Shown: in pieces, positions 26,585 to 28,173 of the stretch
How positions within the stretch are numbered: the stretch's first letter is position 1
How the letters are laid out: each line of letters begins with the position of its first letter
IMG/VR virus record: IMGVR_UViG_3300012953_000162
Coordinates: 1 to 28,173 of that record
Reading direction: 5' to 3' (one strand)
Source of the DNA: a virus
Lineage: Duplodnaviria; Caudoviricetes
Length of the DNA stretch: 28,173 nucleotides
Notes under the pieces: model-generated
The model's input: the letters and a program-made list of their open reading frames with translations, nothing else
Database searches by the model: none
What the model was told of the DNA's origin: nothing
Translations under genes and position numbers: made by a program

Positions 26585-27463
26585 ATGAGTAAACGCAAAA
26601 ATAATGACGTTTTGACCGGAGGGAAGGCCCCTGAAGGTTCAATGGCGCAAGGGTGGCAAGGCCAAAGAGGTGATGTTTTACGAGATGAGTTCGGTTTAGA
26701 AATCCCAGTAGAAAATGTTCCATTGCCATCAAGGGGAGTAGTATACCCACCAGATCACCCATTGCACATGCAGGAAACTATCCAAATACGAGCGATGACA
26801 GCAAGAGAAGAAGACATTTTGACGTCGAAAGCTCTTATCAAAAAAGGAACAGTTATCACCGAGCTAATTAAATCTTGCTTGATAGATAAACGAATTGATC
26901 CAAACGACATGATTCTAGGAGACAGAAATGCAGTGATGGTTTCATTGCGAATTACAGGTTATGGCTCAGAATATAAAATCGAAGTAGGGTGTCCTTCTTG
27001 TGGGGAGAGATCTAAACAGGAGTTTGATCTAAGTGCATTGCCACTCACAAGATTATCAGAAGATCCAATCGCGCTAGGGTCAAACGTGTTCGAAGCAATC
27101 ATGCCTAAAAGAAGAGAAGAAGATCCTGATCTTAAAATTAGATACAGGCACATGACAGGTCAAGATGAACAAGAAATTACTCAAATGCAAGAAAGAAAAA
27201 AGAAACAAGGCTTCAAATCTGACAATCTAATTACTACTAGATACCAACAACAAATCGTAGCTGTCAATGACATCACTGATAGAACAAAGATACAGATGTT
27301 TATTCAAAGAATGCCTACAAAGTATTCTTTGTCACTAAGGAAAGCGATGGATGCCAATGAGCCGGGCATTCAAATGAAACAACATATCCAGTGTCCACAT
27401 TGTATGGAGGAGTCAGAGGTCTCCATGCCGTTAGGCGCTAGCTTTTTTTGGCCTGACACCTAG
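26585..27463 (+). CDS. T4 gp26-like baseplate hub/tail assembly chaperone
   Basis: VPLPSRG, IRAMTAREEDIL, GDRNAVMVSLRITGYG, CPSC and CPHC, ending PLGASFFWP; follows the tail tube. Confidence 0.8.
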   Translation: MSKRKNNDVLTGGKAPEGSMAQGWQGQRGDVLRDEFGLEIPVENVPLPSRGVVYPPDHPLHMQETIQIRAMTAREEDILTSKALIKKGTVITELIKSCLIDKRIDPNDMILGDRNAVMVSLRITGYGSEYKIEVGCPSCGERSKQEFDLSALPLTRLSEDPIALGSNVFEAIMPKRREEDPDLKIRYRHMTGQDEQEITQMQERKKKQGFKSDNLITTRYQQQIVAVNDITDRTKIQMFIQRMPTKYSLSLRKAMDANEPGIQMKQHIQCPHCMEESEVSMPLGASFFWPDT

Positions 27464-27722
27464 TGATAAGCCTATATTTCTAGAGCAAATTTTTCTATTA
27501 ATGTATTACATGGGTTTCACTTATTGTGAGTCCTACATGATACCGATTTGGCAACGACGATGGTTCATAGAAAGGATACAGCAAGAAATTAAAAAAGCAA
27601 ACGATGCAAATAATGGCCAAGGTGCACCATCCCGTGGAATGGCACAAAACACTCCTGATGTTAGAGCAATGCTTGGAAGGCACAGGGAGATGGTGCCAGC
27701 GAAGCTTAGGAGATTTACGTAA
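27444..27722 (+). CDS. Second chaperone ORF (gp51/lambda T-like), probably reached by frameshift
   Basis: Frame open from 27435; reads FFGLTPSDKPIFLEQIFLLMYYMGFTYCESYMIPIWQRRWFIERI; no SD before ATG 27501. Confidence 0.7.
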   Translation, partial: FFGLTPSDKPIFLEQIFLLMYYMGFTYCESYMIPIWQRRWFIERIQQEIKKANDANNGQGAPSRGMAQNTPDVRAMLGRHREMVPAKLRRFT

Positions 27723-27907
27723 TGCTAAACCAAAATCAGATATTAGATCTTTTAGAAAGAGCTTACAATTCTGGGTGCTTTATAGAAGTGCATAAAATGA
27801 TAAAATCCTCTGCTGACATTGTATTGATTGAGAAAGTAATTGAAAAATCAGAAGAGAAAGCTGATAAATTTCCTTTCAACTTTGATGATCTTTTTGGAGC
27901 AGATTGA
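27722..27907 (+). CDS. Small hypothetical protein
   Basis: TAATG overlap upstream, AGGAGA SD, TGATG overlap downstream. Confidence 0.7.
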   Translation: MLNQNQILDLLERAYNSGCFIEVHKMIKSSADIVLIEKVIEKSEEKADKFPFNFDDLFGAD

Positions 27908-28173
27908 TGGAAAAGCTTTGGGAAGGATATATCTCTGGAGAGTTACCGCTTGATATTTCATTGAGCAAAGCATATAGTCAGCTTTACGATGTAAAAGAAA
28001 AATGGATAAAAATCAAAGATGCAACCCTTAAAGAGCATGTCCAACAATGCACAGACGAGCTTGAGTATGCTGGATACAATTTAGATGCCACACCTTTGAA
28101 CTATTTGCAAGAAAAATATCTACTATGTGATGTAATAATCAATGCACCTCAGGAGTATATCCAGCTCTCAGAA
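27907..28173 (+). CDS. Hypothetical protein, 3'-truncated (not in the supplied ORF track)
   Basis: ATG 27907 overlapping the previous TGA, GGAG SD; open for 89 codons to the window end (MEKLWEGYISGELPLD...). Confidence 0.7.
   Translation, partial: MEKLWEGYISGELPLDISLSKAYSQLYDVKEKWIKIKDATLKEHVQQCTDELEYAGYNLDATPLNYLQEKYLLCDVIINAPQEYIQLSE

Noticed and set aside
104-27683. Numerous minus-strand and alternate-frame ORFs of 60-190 aa
   Set aside because: Nearly all overlap well-supported plus-strand genes, show no recognisable motifs, and are expected shadows of biased codon usage.

Overview
A 28 kb, entirely plus-strand virion morphogenesis block from a large contractile-tailed (T4-like/jumbo) bacteriophage using the standard genetic code. 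Gene order: 5'-truncated SbcC/Rad50 (gp46-like) ATPase, two small ORFs, terminase large subunit, portal, a hypothetical, prohead protease, a cluster of small putative head-internal proteins, a divergent ribosomal protein bS21-like ORF, scaffold, major capsid protein (broken by a single -1 frame change), a putative decoration protein behind a structured leader, an EF-hand coiled-coil protein, neck and tail-terminator genes, two full-length tandem tail sheath paralogs, tail tube, and a gp26-like chaperone followed by a T7 slippery run into a second frame. The most notable signals concern translation: a phage bS21-like gene among genes with uniformly strong AGGAG Shine-Dalgarno sites, a probable +1/-2 programmed frameshift in the tail chaperone, a pseudoknot-like 5' leader, and a recurrent ATA(A/C/G)TTA candidate late promoter. 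All assignments come from motif recognition by eye; no searches were run and the host is unknown.
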